Virus record (IMG/VR): IMGVR_UViG_3300045136_000892
Source of the DNA: a virus
Direction: 5' to 3' (one strand)
DNA: 64,000 nucleotides
Part shown: piece after piece, positions 8,711-18,438 of the stretch
How the letters are laid out: every line of letters begins with the position of its first letter
Position numbering within the stretch: the first letter of the stretch is position 1
The notes under the pieces: model-generated
Told to the model about the DNA's origin: nothing
What the model saw: the letters and a program-made list of their open reading frames with translations, nothing else
Databases searched by the model: none
Made by a program: the position numbers and the translations under genes

Positions 8711-11700
8711 ATGTCCTTCGCCAGCCGCTTTCCCCCCAAAGATCGCCCGGCCTCCTTCGTGGAGCGCGTCCGGCCCGCTCGCGGCCAGGCCTCGCTCTCT
8801 TTCGCCGAACCCCCTCCCCATACCGTCCATACCTCCCCGCCGGGTCCTTCCTCCGCGAAGGTACAGCCGCAGTCGGCCGGCTCAAGCCCGAACGGGTCCC
8901 CCAACCCCATTACGGGCGTTGACCCGTCCGCCCTGGCGTCTGTGGATCGCTCCGACGTCAGGCCCCCGCTCGCGGGGCCTCCAACGTCCCAAGGAGGTTC
9001 CATGGACAATCCACTCTCTACCGGCGAGAAGGCCAAGGCCCGCGACATCCTCGCCGCCATTCGTGCCCTCAAGACCATCGAGCGGGAGCACCGCCCCCCG
9101 ACCGACGACGAGATGCAGGCCCTCTGCCGCTTCGGCGGCTTCGGCCCCGTCGCCCTCTCCATCTTCCCCGACCCGGTCACCGGCCGGTTCAAGGACGGCT
9201 GGCAGGAGATCGGCCAGGAGCTTCAGAGGCTCCTGACCCCCGAGGAATACGACTCCGCCAAGCGGACGACCTTCTCCCAGTTCTTCACCTCCCCCGTCGT
9301 CATGCGGGCCATGCACGAGGCCCTTTCGCGTCTGGGAGTCCCCGATAACGCCCTGGTCCTCGAACCGGGATGTGGCACCGGCAATTTCATGGCCCTCGCC
9401 CCCGCGAGCCAGCGGTTCATCGGCGTGGAGCTTGACTCCCTCACCGGCCGCATCGCCCGCGCGCTCAACCCGCAGGCCGACATCCGCATCGAGAACTTCC
9501 GCGATACCCGGCTCCCCCCGCTCGACGCGGTGATCGGCAACGTGCCCTTCGCCAACGTCCATCTCGACTTCCACGGCCAGAAGCTCTCCCTCCACGATTT
9601 CTGCATCGCCAAGTCGGTCGAGGGCCTGAAGCCGGGCGGCGTCCTCGCCGTGGTCACCAGCCATTTCACGCTCGACAAGCAGAACGCGGCCGTCCGCGAG
9701 CTGCTCGCCAGCCAGGCCGACTTCCTCGGGGCCATCCGCCTGCCCAACGACGCGTTCAAGCGGGAGGGCACGGCGGTCACCACCGACATCCTCTTCTTGC
9801 GGAAACGGGCCCCCGGGCAGGCGCCGAACCACGCCGACCCCGAATGGCTGGAGACCTCCGAGATCGGCATCGCGGGGGCCGACCTGCCGGTCAACCGTTA
9901 CTTCCTGAACCACCACGAGATGGTGCTGGGCGACTGGAGCCGGGAGCACCTGCTCCACGGCGCCGTGGGCTTCAGCGTGATCAGCAACGGCGACCTGGCC
10001 ACCCAGCTCAGGGAGGCCGTCGCCCGGCTGCCGCAGGTGAAGCAGTCCGAGGCGGAGCGGCCTAATCCGCCGCCCGCTGTGGCCGACATTAATCTCGGTC
10101 GCAAACCTGAAACGCCTCCTTTCGTCCCGCCCCCGCCGCTCCGGCACATCACCGAAGGCAGCCTGTTCATCGACGACGAGCGGGTTATCCGCCAGGTCGA
10201 GAACGGAAACGCAGAGCCCGTCACCTATTGCGGCGTCCTGCTTAAGGCCAATGGCACGCCCCAGGGCCGCAAGATCGGCTCGCTGATCGAGCTCCGCGAC
10301 CTCGCCCGCCGCGTTCTCCAATCCCAGAACGAGGGCTGGCCCGAGGCGAACCGCCAGGAGGCCCGCCGCGACCTGAACCGGGCCTATGACCGCTTCGTCG
10401 CCGCCTACGGCCCGGTCAACAAGACCACGTTCACGGAGACCAGGACCGGCACCATCCGCCGGATGCCCAACCTGGTCAAGTTCCGGGAAGACCCGGACGC
10501 CATGCTGGTCATGTCGCTGGAAGAGTACGACGAGGCCACCGGCCGGGCGGAGAAGGCCGCCATCATGAAGAAGGACGTGGTCGGGCCCAAGCCGCCCGTC
10601 ACCCGCGTAACTTCCGCCGAGGAGGGCCTGCTGGTCTCGCTGAATGACCACGGGTGTGTCGACCTGCCGTACATCGCTCAGTTGTACGGAAAGCCCGTAC
10701 AACTCATCATCGCCGAGCTGGGCGATCTGATCTTCGAAAACCCGGAGACCAGGAAGTTCGAAGTTGCCGACGACTACCTCTCCGGCAACGTCCGCGCGAA
10801 GCTGGCCGCCGCCGAGAAGGCCGGGCCGGAGTATGCCCGCAACGCCGTGGCCCTGCGATCAGTCCAGCCGGAGGACGTCCTCCCCGGCGACATCGACGCG
10901 AACCTTGGCGCTCCGTGGATTCCCGAGAAGGACATCAAGGCGTTCGCGGAGGAGCTCTTCGGCGGCTCGTTCAACGTCGGCCATCTGAAGAAGGATGCCG
11001 TCTGGAGCCTGGAGCCCGACTACCGGGCCATCCAGTCGGTCGCGGCGACCGCCGACTTCGGGACGGGCCGGATCAACGGCACGGAGCTGCTCGCCCAGGC
11101 CCTGAACCTGAAATCCCCGGTCATCTACGACACGATCCGGGGCGTCAACGGCGACGAGAGGGTCCTGAACCCGACAGAAACCCAGGCCGCCAAGGAGAAG
11201 CAGAAGCTCATCAAGGAGCGGTTCAAGGCGTGGGTCTTCTCCGACCCCGACCGCACCGAGCGGCTCGTCCGGATGTACAACGACACCTACAACAATCTTC
11301 GTCCCCGACTCTTTGACGGGTCGCACCTAGACTTCCCGGGGATGAGCCGGGCCATTTCGCTGAACCCGCACCAGAAGGACGCGGTCTGGCGGTGCATGAC
11401 GGCCGGGAACACGCTGCTGGCGCATTGCGTCGGGGCCGGGAAGACCTTCGAGATGGCCGCGGCCGCGATGAAGATGCGGCAGGCCGGGCTGGTCAAGAAG
11501 CCCATGATCGTGGTGCCGAACCACATGCTGGAGCAGTTCGGCCGCGAGTTCATGCAGCTCTACCCGAACGCCAAGCTGCTGATCGCCACGAAAGACGACT
11601 TCACGAAGGAACGCCGCAAGTTCCTGACCGCCAAGATCGCCACCGGCGACTGGGACGCCGTCATCACGACGCATTCGAGCTTCGAGCGTATAGGCATGAG

Positions 11701-14065
11701 CCGCGAATACCAGGAGCGGTTCCTGCGCGAACAGATCGCAGAATACGAGGCCCTGTTGGTCGACAAGGCCTCTCACGGCCGCAACATCATCAAGACGCTG
11801 GAGAAGCAGAAGGCGAACCGGGAGGAGCGGCTGAAGCACCTGCTGGCCGAGGACAAGAAGGACGACGGGCTGGTCTTCGACGAACTGGGCGTCGACCACC
11901 TCTTCGTCGACGAGGCGCACTACTTCAAGAACCTCGAGACTCCCACGAAGATGGAGCGTGTGGCAGGCATCCAGACCGGCGGCAGCGAGCGGGCGTTCGA
12001 CCTTTTCATGAAAGCCCGCTTTCTGGACGAGAAGCATCCCGGCCACGGGGTCACCTTCGCCACGGGCACCCCTATCAGCAACACGATGGTCGAGATGTAC
12101 ACGATGCAGCGGTTCCTCGACCCCGAGGGGCTGCGCTCACGTGGCATCGAGCACTTCGACGCCTGGGCGGCCACCTTCGGCGAGGTGGTCGACTCCATGG
12201 AGATCTCGCCAGACGGCGCCAGCCTGCGGCCTCGCAGCCGCTTCGCCAAGTTCGTGAACCTGCCCGAGCTGGTCCAGATGTTCCGGGCCTTCGCCGACGT
12301 GCAGACGGCGGAGATGCTCGACCTGCCCAGACCGAAGCTGGAGGGCGGCAAGCCCCAGACGGTGGCCTGCCCGATGTCGGATGACCAGAGGGAACTACAA
12401 GCCGGGCTCATCAAGCGGTATGACCGCATCCGCAACGAGAAGGTGGACCCCCGCGAGGACAACGCGCTGGCGATCACCACGGACGGCCGCAAGCTGGCCC
12501 TCGACGGGCGGATGCTCGGCGCCGGGGGCGACTTCCCCGGCTCAAAGATCAACGCCCTGGTCGGCAACGTCGTCCGGATATGGAGGCAGACCGAGGCGAA
12601 GCGCGGCACGCAGATGATCTTCTGCGACATGGGCGTCCACCCGAATCCGTTCTCGGTTTATGACGAAATCGTGGAGAAACTGGCCGACCACGGCCTCCCC
12701 CGCAGCCAGATCGCCGTCATGGGCGATGCCGACACCGACGCCAAGAAGCAGGCGCTGTTCGAGAAGGTGCGCCAAGGGACGGTGCGCGTCCTGCTGGGCA
12801 GTACGTCCAAGATGGGCACGGGCACCAACGTCCAGAAGCGGCTGGTGGCCATGCACCACCTCGACGCCCCATGGAAGCCCGCCGAGGTCGAGCAGCGCGA
12901 CGGCCGAATCCTCCGTCAGGGTAACGAGAACGCCGAGGTGGCGATCTTCCGCTACGTCACCGAGGGCTCGTTCGACGCCTACATGTGGCAAGCGCTGGAG
13001 ACCAAGGCCCGATTCATCGCCCAGGTGATGAGCGGCGACTGCGCTGTCCGTAAGGCCGAGGATATCGGCGGACAGGAACTCAGCTACGCCGAGGTGAAGG
13101 CCATCGCGTCCGGTAACCCCGCCGTGCTGACGCTGGCCGAGGCCGATGCAGAGCTGCAGCGGCTGGCCATCCTGCGGAAGAACCACCTGGACGAGCAGTA
13201 TCTGGCGAAGCGGAACCTCCGCGACCTCCCCGACGACATCCGGCGGCTGGAGAAGCGGCTGGACGGGCTGACGGCCGATATGGCGACGCTCGCGGCGAAC
13301 GATTTCATCCCCTCACAGGAGGCAATCGCCGAGCGCATGAAGCGCATGCCGGAGAAGGTGAGCGAAACCTACCGCACGCCGCTGGGGAGATACCGCGGAC
13401 TGGAAGCCAGCCTGATCCTGCACCCGCTGGGCGGGACGGAGGTCGTGCTGGACGGGGCGACCCGCCGGCGCGAGACGCTCATGCGCGATAACCCCGGCCC
13501 ACGTGCCGTGCTCAACGCCTTGGAGCGACTGGCGAACAGCTACGACTACGAGTGCCGGAGCCACCGGGCGGAGATCGGCGTGAAACAGGGGCAGCTCAAG
13601 GACTACGAGGCCCGCCTGGGCAAGCCGTTCGCCCACAGCGAGTTCATGGCCCGGCTGGCCGACCTGCGTGACCAGCTCAAGGAGGGGCTCTCGGAGAAGG
13701 CTCAGCAGGAGCCGAAGCCCGAGGGGCCGACCGTCGCGGAACTGGCCGAGAAGATTAAGACGTTGAGGGAGGCCAACACCGTAGAATCCGCGCCGGAGCG
13801 GGCGATCAGGAAGGCCGCGCGGGCTGAAAGGCCGGTCACGGCGAGGATTCGCTCGAAGCTGGGCGAGCAGTTGGCGGCGAAGGCAGAGGAAACCACAGGG
13901 CTCACGGCAACCAGCACGACGATCGAGGAGAAGCCTGAGGAGTCGCCGGCAGCCCCGACCGCGACGGTGATACTGATGCCGGACCTGTCAAAACCCGTGA
14001 ATGGCCATGCGAAGGCGGTTGAGAACCGCCGTCAGGCAAAGGCGGAGCAGCTACGGCTGTTCTGA
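8711..14065 (+). CDS. DarB-like adenine methyltransferase-SF2 helicase fusion
   Basis: LEPGCGTG, IGNVPF (MTase); AHCVGAGKT, DEAH, TGTPISN, GTNVQ, QRDGRILRQGN (helicase); alternative start 9002 with GGAGG RBS. Confidence 0.9.
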   Translation: MSFASRFPPKDRPASFVERVRPARGQASLSFAEPPPHTVHTSPPGPSSAKVQPQSAGSSPNGSPNPITGVDPSALASVDRSDVRPPLAGPPTSQGGSMDNPLSTGEKAKARDILAAIRALKTIEREHRPPTDDEMQALCRFGGFGPVALSIFPDPVTGRFKDGWQEIGQELQRLLTPEEYDSAKRTTFSQFFTSPVVMRAMHEALSRLGVPDNALVLEPGCGTGNFMALAPASQRFIGVELDSLTGRIARALNPQADIRIENFRDTRLPPLDAVIGNVPFANVHLDFHGQKLSLHDFCIAKSVEGLKPGGVLAVVTSHFTLDKQNAAVRELLASQADFLGAIRLPNDAFKREGTAVTTDILFLRKRAPGQAPNHADPEWLETSEIGIAGADLPVNRYFLNHHEMVLGDWSREHLLHGAVGFSVISNGDLATQLREAVARLPQVKQSEAERPNPPPAVADINLGRKPETPPFVPPPPLRHITEGSLFIDDERVIRQVENGNAEPVTYCGVLLKANGTPQGRKIGSLIELRDLARRVLQSQNEGWPEANRQEARRDLNRAYDRFVAAYGPVNKTTFTETRTGTIRRMPNLVKFREDPDAMLVMSLEEYDEATGRAEKAAIMKKDVVGPKPPVTRVTSAEEGLLVSLNDHGCVDLPYIAQLYGKPVQLIIAELGDLIFENPETRKFEVADDYLSGNVRAKLAAAEKAGPEYARNAVALRSVQPEDVLPGDIDANLGAPWIPEKDIKAFAEELFGGSFNVGHLKKDAVWSLEPDYRAIQSVAATADFGTGRINGTELLAQALNLKSPVIYDTIRGVNGDERVLNPTETQAAKEKQKLIKERFKAWVFSDPDRTERLVRMYNDTYNNLRPRLFDGSHLDFPGMSRAISLNPHQKDAVWRCMTAGNTLLAHCVGAGKTFEMAAAAMKMRQAGLVKKPMIVVPNHMLEQFGREFMQLYPNAKLLIATKDDFTKERRKFLTAKIATGDWDAVITTHSSFERIGMSREYQERFLREQIAEYEALLVDKASHGRNIIKTLEKQKANREERLKHLLAEDKKDDGLVFDELGVDHLFVDEAHYFKNLETPTKMERVAGIQTGGSERAFDLFMKARFLDEKHPGHGVTFATGTPISNTMVEMYTMQRFLDPEGLRSRGIEHFDAWAATFGEVVDSMEISPDGASLRPRSRFAKFVNLPELVQMFRAFADVQTAEMLDLPRPKLEGGKPQTVACPMSDDQRELQAGLIKRYDRIRNEKVDPREDNALAITTDGRKLALDGRMLGAGGDFPGSKINALVGNVVRIWRQTEAKRGTQMIFCDMGVHPNPFSVYDEIVEKLADHGLPRSQIAVMGDADTDAKKQALFEKVRQGTVRVLLGSTSKMGTGTNVQKRLVAMHHLDAPWKPAEVEQRDGRILRQGNENAEVAIFRYVTEGSFDAYMWQALETKARFIAQVMSGDCAVRKAEDIGGQELSYAEVKAIASGNPAVLTLAEADAELQRLAILRKNHLDEQYLAKRNLRDLPDDIRRLEKRLDGLTADMATLAANDFIPSQEAIAERMKRMPEKVSETYRTPLGRYRGLEASLILHPLGGTEVVLDGATRRRETLMRDNPGPRAVLNALERLANSYDYECRSHRAEIGVKQGQLKDYEARLGKPFAHSEFMARLADLRDQLKEGLSEKAQQEPKPEGPTVAELAEKIKTLREANTVESAPERAIRKAARAERPVTARIRSKLGEQLAAKAEETTGLTATSTTIEEKPEESPAAPTATVILMPDLSKPVNGHAKAVENRRQAKAEQLRLF

Positions 14066-14620
14066 CTGGCTTGCGGGGAGGATGTCCTGGAGTCGGCAGC
14101 CATCCGATGTCGACTCCGGGATGCCCACGGCGATCAGTCGCTCGCGAACCGTCCGGAGTTCCGGTTCGGTGTTGGCCAGGAAGAGGAATGGAGCGTGGGA
14201 GCGATAGTAAAACGAGGGAATTCCCTGCGTGCTCAAGTACGCCCGCTTCGATTCCCGTTGGGCTTCGGCATCAAGCTCGTGACGCCAGTCGTTCCCTTGG
14301 TCAAAGCAGACCATGTAGGCTGGTCGAAGCCGCCTGAGCTCTCTCACGATGAAGGCGAGTGGGGCGTGCTCGATTGTCGCTTCGATCATCTTGTGCTCGG
14401 GGACAGGTATCCCGGTGTGGGGATCGAGCAGCAGGCCGAAGCGTGCGGCTGGTGGTGACGCGGGATCGTAGATCGGCATCGAAATCAGCAGGGAGTACCT
14501 TGCACGGAGATCCTTTGGAATAAAGCGGTCGTGAGCCATTAACGGGGCGATCACCGAAAGCGAGTCGGCCCAGAACCGCTTCACCAAATCGAAGGAGTCG
14601 CCGAGGTACTTCTCGCGCAC
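14051..14620 (-). CDS. Hypothetical protein, last gene of RNA-repair operon
   Basis: 189-aa ORF 9 bp after the HTH gene. Confidence 0.65.
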   Translation of the reverse strand: MREKYLGDSFDLVKRFWADSLSVIAPLMAHDRFIPKDLRARYSLLISMPIYDPASPPAARFGLLLDPHTGIPVPEHKMIEATIEHAPLAFIVRELRRLRPAYMVCFDQGNDWRHELDAEAQRESKRAYLSTQGIPSFYYRSHAPFLFLANTEPELRTVRERLIAVGIPESTSDGCRLQDILPASQSEQP

Positions 14621-14629
14621 CGGCCCACC

Positions 14630-14851
14630 TCAGATACGAGATCGGCGTCGTCTCGCTCGTCCAACAGCCAAGCTCTCGACCACCTTGGTGATGGCCAGCT
14701 CATCCGCCCGGCTGATCTTCGACTTCCCAGACAGTTTACGCCGAATCGTCGACGGGTCACAGCCGAGCAGACGGGCGAGCCTGGTCTGTCCTCCCGTGTT
14801 TCGATCGTCGTTCAGGACGTTGCAGATCGCCCGCAGCTCAACAGGGGTCAT
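14630..14851 (-). CDS. Small HTH DNA-binding protein
   Basis: GQTRLARLLGCDPSTIRRKLSG helix-turn-helix; ATGA coupling to HD gene. Confidence 0.75.
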   Translation of the reverse strand: MTPVELRAICNVLNDDRNTGGQTRLARLLGCDPSTIRRKLSGKSKISRADELAITKVVESLAVGRARRRRSRI

Positions 14852-15393
14852 GCCTTCCCCCGCTCCAAACTCGCGTGGATGAGCTTCAATTGCGCTGCTT
14901 GCAGCGTTGAGTAGGCACGTTCCCAAAGCTCGGTATTACCGTGTTTAAGCACTCCGAGTAGCGCTTCTTTCTCGCGCAAATAGGCCTTGGCAAAAGCCTT
15001 ATCGTGCTCCACGATGGACCCCGTGTTGTCGATCAGGTCGGCCAGCTTGATCGTAGCGCCGTCCGGCGACGATCGGGCCAGATGTTCCCTATCCAGCCGC
15101 TTCCTCACCTCGCGGCTCCCATCCTCAAGCCGGGACACATCGGTCACCTCGATCACGAGCAGAGTCACCCTTTCGCCGAAGACGTCCTGAAGCTCGGCCG
15201 GCGTCACTTCTGTGTCCTCCAGCACGTCGTGCAGAGCGGCGGCAGCGATCACGGCAGGGTAACTGATGTACTCGGCAACGATGGAGGCGACGTTCCGGCA
15301 GTGGTTGGCATACGGCTCGCCGGTGTATTTCCGCTTCTGCTGCCGATGGGCACACTTGGCGAAGCCGAGGGCCAGAGTCGGCAGGTCTGTCAT
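14848..15393 (-). CDS. HD-domain RelA/SpoT-type small alarmone hydrolase (Mesh1/SAH-like)
   Basis: AHRQQKRKYTGEPYANH, AAALHDVLEDT, IKLADLIDN; ATGA coupling to rtcB. Confidence 0.85.
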   Translation of the reverse strand: MTDLPTLALGFAKCAHRQQKRKYTGEPYANHCRNVASIVAEYISYPAVIAAAALHDVLEDTEVTPAELQDVFGERVTLLVIEVTDVSRLEDGSREVRKRLDREHLARSSPDGATIKLADLIDNTGSIVEHDKAFAKAYLREKEALLGVLKHGNTELWERAYSTLQAAQLKLIHASLERGKA

Positions 15394-16631
15394 CCCTTCA
15401 CGCATAGCACCTGCTTCAGCTCATAAGCGATTTCCACCAGATCCTGCTGCGCCGCCATGACCGCATCGATCGGCTTGTAGGCCGCCGGGCTCTCGTCCAG
15501 GACCCCTTCGTCCTTTCGGCACTCGACACCAGCAGTCGCCTTTGCGTGGTCTTCGAGGCTGACGCGTTTGCTGGCCTCGCCCCGGCTCATCACCCGTCCG
15601 GCGCCGTGCGAGCAGCTGCAGAATGATTCCTGGTTGCCCTTGCCCCGCACGATGAACGACCGGGCACCCATCGAGCCGGGGATGATCCCCAGATCGCCTT
15701 GGCGGGCACGGACGGCCCCCTTGCGGGTGAGCCAGACGTTCTTGCCATAGTGCTGCTCGCGGGCCACGTAGTTGTGGTGGCAGTTCACCGCAACCTCGTC
15801 CGGGCGGCCGACCCGGCCGGGGAAGTGCCGCTCCAGCACCCTGAGCACCGCCCGCATCATCACCTCGCGGTTCGCCCGGGCGAAGTCCTGCGCCCAGGTC
15901 AGGGCCTCGACGTAGTCGTCGAAAAGGTCTGACCCTTCCGGAATGTAGGCCAGGTCGGCGTCCGGCAGGTTGACGAACCAGCGGCGCATCTCCGCCTTGG
16001 CCCGCTCGATGAAGTAAATGCCGAACTTGTTCCCGATGCCCCGACTGCCGGAGTGGAGCATCACCCAGATAGCCCCGTCGGTGTCGAGGCACAGCTCGAT
16101 GAAGTGGTTTCCGGTGCCGAGCGTGCCGAGGTGGTGCGGAGCGCGTGTTGCGGACCGGGCCAGGTCGGGGTGCTTGGCGACGATGGCTTCGAGGCGTTCC
16201 TGAAGCGACGGCCCGAAGGCATCACTCTTGAACGCCCACGCGGATTCGTCCGGCAGATCGCCCCAAGCCCCACGATCGCTCGCCCCGCCGTTGTCGGTGC
16301 GACCGTGCGGCACCGCCGCCTCGATGTCGGAGCGGATCTCGAACAGGTTGTCGGGCAGGTCCTCAGCCCGAAGTCCGGTCCGAACGGCCATCATGCCGCA
16401 ACCGATATCCACGCCCACAGCCGCCGGAATGATCGCCCCGACTGTGGGGATGACCGAGCCGACGGTGGCCCCCATGCCCCAGTGGACGTCAGGCATGACC
16501 GCGACATGGTGATGGATGAAGGGCATCCGGGCGACGTTGCGGAGCTGGTCGACGGCTTTCTGGTCGAGAGGTACGCCTTCGGTCCAGCCGTAGATCGGAA
16601 CGGCTTCCTTGCCGAGGAACTGCCTACTCAT
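15390..16631 (-). CDS. rtcB: RNA 3'-phosphate/5'-OH ligase RtcB
   Basis: MPDVHWG, VGVDIGCG, LGTGNHF, HSGSRG, HHNY, RKGA, PGSMG, SHGAGR, DESPAAYK. Confidence 0.95.
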   Translation of the reverse strand: MSRQFLGKEAVPIYGWTEGVPLDQKAVDQLRNVARMPFIHHHVAVMPDVHWGMGATVGSVIPTVGAIIPAAVGVDIGCGMMAVRTGLRAEDLPDNLFEIRSDIEAAVPHGRTDNGGASDRGAWGDLPDESAWAFKSDAFGPSLQERLEAIVAKHPDLARSATRAPHHLGTLGTGNHFIELCLDTDGAIWVMLHSGSRGIGNKFGIYFIERAKAEMRRWFVNLPDADLAYIPEGSDLFDDYVEALTWAQDFARANREVMMRAVLRVLERHFPGRVGRPDEVAVNCHHNYVAREQHYGKNVWLTRKGAVRARQGDLGIIPGSMGARSFIVRGKGNQESFCSCSHGAGRVMSRGEASKRVSLEDHAKATAGVECRKDEGVLDESPAAYKPIDAVMAAQQDLVEIAYELKQVLCVKG

Positions 16632-17922
16632 TGGCAGATTCAAACTTCACGATGTAGTCGAGGACCTTGTTCGACCAGCCGTCGATGTGGACCCACTGGC
16701 CGTAGCCGACGCCATTCTTGTTGCTCGCGACGTTGATCAGGTAGCCCTTCATCTGCGGTACCGGGTCGTGGCTCTGCTCGTCGGTGATGACGATCAGCCG
16801 ATCCCGAGCCGGCAGCGAGCGGACCGCCTTACCCAGTTCCGTCCCGCCGTGCGGCTGAGCACCAGTGATCGCATCCCGAAGGGCAAACCCACGCCGTCCC
16901 GGCACCTCGACCAGGCTGTTGGAGAAGGTGAAGACCCGCAGGTCGGAAAACATCTCCCGGCCGATCATCGCCAGCGAGCAGGCCACATCCATCCGGTTCA
17001 GCTCGGACTTGGAGGACAGCGCGGAGTCCATCGATCCCGACACGTCCACCAGGATGATCGTCTTGCCGCCCAGCTTCTCGCGGCCCGCGAAGCACTCGAA
17101 GAACTTGGCCTCCAGCTCAGGCTCGAACTGGGGGTTGTGCCGCGCCGAGGCGATGAAGTTGATCGGTAGGAGTCGACCGGCCTTCACGTCGCGCAGGCCT
17201 TCGCGGATCGCCTGGTCCTCCACGCCCGCCTTCGTCATATTGCGGACGTTGCGGAGCATGGCGAGTCCGCCAAGCTTGCCCTCGGAGAGTAGACGAGACC
17301 ACGAGGCCTTCTTGTCACCACCCTTCGACAGCTCGACCTCCCAGGTATCCGGAGTAGCCAGCTCGCCTTTGACGAGCTTGCGCCAAAGCTCGGCCTGTTC
17401 GAGATTGGCCGGCTTGGGGCGGGTGATCCGCAGGGCGTCGCGCAGTTTGACCGCCTTCTGACCTCCGTTGTACTTGGCTAGCTGGTACTCGTCGAACTTG
17501 CGGAAGGAGTCGCCCAGGCCGCGCTTGACCTGCTTGGCCAGCGGTTCGTCCTTGTTAGCCTTCCAATAGATTGACAGGAACTCGGTGATATCGTCCGGGC
17601 GGAGGATGACGCGGGGAAAGAGCCCCTTGGCCTGCGCACGGCCTTCCTTGGTCCGCATCAGCTCACGGGCGAGCAGGAGCGGGACGTGGCGGAGGCGCAT
17701 GTCCTCCTTCGCCTGGACGGCGACGCGGGCGACATCCTCGGCAGGCACGAGCTTCACCAGCTCGGCGATCCGCTGGCCGATGGTCTGGCCGTCCTCGTAG
17801 AACTCCGACTCCCAGAGCAGGCAGGACATGACGGAGCGTTCGAGTTGAGCGAGCGCGTTGATACGGGCAGCCGGAGCGCCTTCGTGGGTGAACTCCTTGC
17901 GGATTCGGTTCAGGGTAGCCAT
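16624..17922 (-). CDS. rsr: TROVE/vWA protein, Ro60 (Rsr) orthologue
   Basis: FYEDG, LAKY, TWEVELS, AMLRNVRN, MIDAS DVSGSM, GGT, IVITDEQ; next to rtcB and Y-like RNAs. Confidence 0.9.
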   Translation of the reverse strand: MATLNRIRKEFTHEGAPAARINALAQLERSVMSCLLWESEFYEDGQTIGQRIAELVKLVPAEDVARVAVQAKEDMRLRHVPLLLARELMRTKEGRAQAKGLFPRVILRPDDITEFLSIYWKANKDEPLAKQVKRGLGDSFRKFDEYQLAKYNGGQKAVKLRDALRITRPKPANLEQAELWRKLVKGELATPDTWEVELSKGGDKKASWSRLLSEGKLGGLAMLRNVRNMTKAGVEDQAIREGLRDVKAGRLLPINFIASARHNPQFEPELEAKFFECFAGREKLGGKTIILVDVSGSMDSALSSKSELNRMDVACSLAMIGREMFSDLRVFTFSNSLVEVPGRRGFALRDAITGAQPHGGTELGKAVRSLPARDRLIVITDEQSHDPVPQMKGYLINVASNKNGVGYGQWVHIDGWSNKVLDYIVKFESANE

Positions 17923-17943
17923 GACACACCTACTTTCAATTGC

Positions 17944-18070
17944 GGGCGGGGAAGATTCGGAGAGGGACGAAACTGAGCTACTGAACCTTGCGGCCCAGGC
18001 GGGGATCGAACCCGCGACCTCCGGCGAACCGGCGCTCTATCCAAAGTATCCCTGTCCTGCACCACCGCCC
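17944..18070 (-). ncRNA. Y-RNA-like (YrlA-type) unit 1; tRNA module opened in the D-loop, anticodon loop replaced by UUCG
   Basis: GGGCGGTGGTGCAG..GGGATACTT | TGGATAGAGC, CCGG-TTCG-CCGG, T arm, CTGGGCC-GCAA-GGTTCAG, TAGCTCAGT | ..TCTTCCCCGCCC. Confidence 0.8.
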
Positions 18071-18082
18071 TGTTGCGGAAAC

Positions 18083-18212
18083 CGTGCGGGGAAGAAACGA
18101 CAAAGGTACAAAGCGTCCTAACCATTAGACGACGGCCCCGAAGGACCGGCGGGATTCGAACCCGCATCTCTCTCGTGGAAAGAGAAGTAACCCTTGCCTG
18201 CACCACCGCACG
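18083..18212 (-). ncRNA. Y-RNA-like unit 2; permuted tRNA with TCC anticodon loop
   Basis: Same terminal stem; CTC-TTTCCAC-GAGAG, T arm, CGGTCC-TTCG-GGGCCG, D arm GTCTAATGGTTAGGAC. Confidence 0.8.
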
Positions 18213-18223
18213 ATGGTTCAAGA

Positions 18224-18357
18224 GGAGGGGGAAGAGACGATAAAGGCACGTACGTGCTCTACCAGCTGAGCTACCGGCAGGTCGATCTGCCGGACGGGAC
18301 TCGAACCCGCGACCACGCGATTACAAGTCGAAGTAACCCTTATCTGCACCACCCTCC
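18224..18357 (-). ncRNA. Y-RNA-like unit 3; permuted tRNA with TGT (Thr) anticodon loop
   Basis: Same terminal stem; CGA-CTTGTAA-TCGCG, T arm, CCGGCAG-ATCGAC-CTGCCGG, TAGCTCAGCTGGTAGAGC. Confidence 0.8.
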
Positions 18358-18366
18358 AAAACTTAA

Positions 18367-18428
18367 GAGCCGGGAAGATCGTCGAAGGTTCGCTTTCCAA
18401 TAAGTAGCCCTCGACTGCACCACGGCCC
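18367..18428 (-). ncRNA. Minimal Y-RNA-like unit 4 (stem only, no tRNA module)
   Basis: GGGCCGTGGTGCAGTCGAGGGCTACTT-short loop-ACCTTCGACGATCTTCCCGGCTC. Confidence 0.7.
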
Positions 18429-18438
18429 GATGCAAATC

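Noticed and set aside
17944-18428. CRISPR array or ordinary tRNA cluster
   Set aside because: Repeats are split, self-pairing and co-varying, the inserts are permuted tRNA parts without free CCA ends, and there is no cas operon
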